Virus record (IMG/VR): IMGVR_UViG_3300045988_140928
Span: 32,001-96,000 of that record
DNA: 64,000 nucleotides
Source of the DNA: a virus
Direction: 5' to 3' (one strand)
Numbering within the stretch: the first letter of the stretch is position 1; each line of letters begins with the position of its first letter. Under the pieces are notes generated by a model that did not search any database, was not told where the DNA came from, and saw nothing but the letters and a program-made list of their open reading frames with translations. The position numbers and the translations under genes were made by a program. Positions 63,519-64,000 of the stretch are shown piece after piece.

Positions 63519-63577
63519 AGGGTAGTAGTTCAATGGTAGATCATGCAAGGACGGGGGTTCGATTCCTTCCTACCCTA
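63519..63577 (+). other. tRNA-like element iii (acceptor, D arm and T arm but no anticodon arm)
   Basis: AGGGTAG TA GTTC-AATGGTA-GATC ATGCAAGGAC GGGGG-TTCGATT-CCTTC CTACCCT A. 58 nt plus discriminator. Confidence 0.4.
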
Positions 63578-63611
63578 TTTCTTTATTACGTATTTAGTTC
63601 TCCTTTAACTA

Positions 63612-63620
63612 TGGTATAAT
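63612..63620 (+). promoter_or_regulatory. extended -10 promoter element (TGgTATAAT)
   Basis: Read directly, about 45 nt upstream of the next ORF. Confidence 0.4.
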
Positions 63621-63663
63621 TAATACATATCAAAGTTAGAGGAGTTTTTATTTTGTATTGAAG

Positions 63664-64000
63664 ATGTCTAAAAAGTTAAAAATAATTATAAGTGTCGTTA
63701 TATTTATAATTTTTGCCTTATCCTTTGTTATTCCGGTCCATAATAAGGTTATTTATAAGTCTACTGTTCAAGTAGATCAACCTTATCCTCGTACTATTAG
63801 TAGCGCTACGGTTACTTTAGACTATAAAGGGCCTCAAGAGGATTGGGACACTGATAATATTAACTACGGTAAAATTAAAAATTGGTCTGTGTACTTCTTT
63901 CCAGATGATACGGATGACGATACTGGTAAGGCTCAAGATTTACGACTCAATAAACATATTTTAGAGGATCGTAAGCCTTTATTACCTATCTACGAGTATT
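63664..64000 (+). CDS. membrane-anchored hypothetical protein, N-terminal part (runs off the window end)
   Basis: My translation: MSKKLKIIISVVIFIIFALSFVIPVHNKVIYKSTVQVDQPYPRT... No stop before base 64000. Confidence 0.5.
   Translation, partial: MSKKLKIIISVVIFIIFALSFVIPVHNKVIYKSTVQVDQPYPRTISSATVTLDYKGPQEDWDTDNINYGKIKNWSVYFFPDDTDDDTGKAQDLRLNKHILEDRKPLLPIYEY

Noticed and set aside
63093-63577. tRNA fragments as a phage attP site for integration into host tRNA genes.
   Set aside because: No integrase or excisionase is in the window. The genome segment looks like a large virulent-type phage. The elements include 5' acceptor strands that an attP core would not need.
1-64000. CRISPR arrays, rRNA genes, integrase or lysogeny module.
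   Set aside because: I saw no regularly spaced direct repeats, no rRNA-like segments and no tyrosine or serine recombinase motifs.

Overview
This 64-kb window is a segment of a large tailed phage of a low-GC Gram-positive host, probably Lactobacillales-like. I saw no cellular housekeeping genes. All calls come from reading the sequence, my own translations and remembered motifs; no searches or folding programs were run.

Bases 1-57126 form one minus-strand block. From high to low coordinates it contains:
- a catalytically degenerate RNase H-like protein, small acidic proteins and a secreted LysM/lysozyme-like protein
- a small tRNA cluster and a signal-peptide GH25-LysM endolysin
- a roughly 16-kb fibre/receptor-binding module: six collagen-like Gly-X-Y genes, a GH66 dextranase-like and a pectate-lyase-like depolymerase (each split from its collagen-like N-terminus by an A10 tract), and a family of CBM-like modules punctuated by poly-G tracts
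- two DNA methyltransferases
- a large-terminase gene split into three exons by two related group I introns
- portal, prohead protease (with an in-frame UGA), scaffold and major capsid protein
- a kinase-phosphatase-ligase RNA-repair-type enzyme, neck proteins, a sheath-like protein, a chaperone pair and two tandem tape-measure-like giants

Four paralogous zinc-ribbon-repeat plus PD-(D/E)XK homing-endonuclease-like genes are scattered through this block. One sits inside a terminase intron. One is fused to a GNAT/Mom-like domain and NUMOD1-like modules.

Bases 57.1-59.0 kb are an ORF-free divergent region. It contains a promoter/terminator-bracketed, G+C-rich unit of about 680 nt that I consider the best candidate for a large structured ncRNA.

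Bases 59.0-64.0 kb are a plus-strand early-type block with NrdH-like and PgpA/YutG-like genes. It ends in a solo TnpB followed by an array of aberrant tRNA-like elements.
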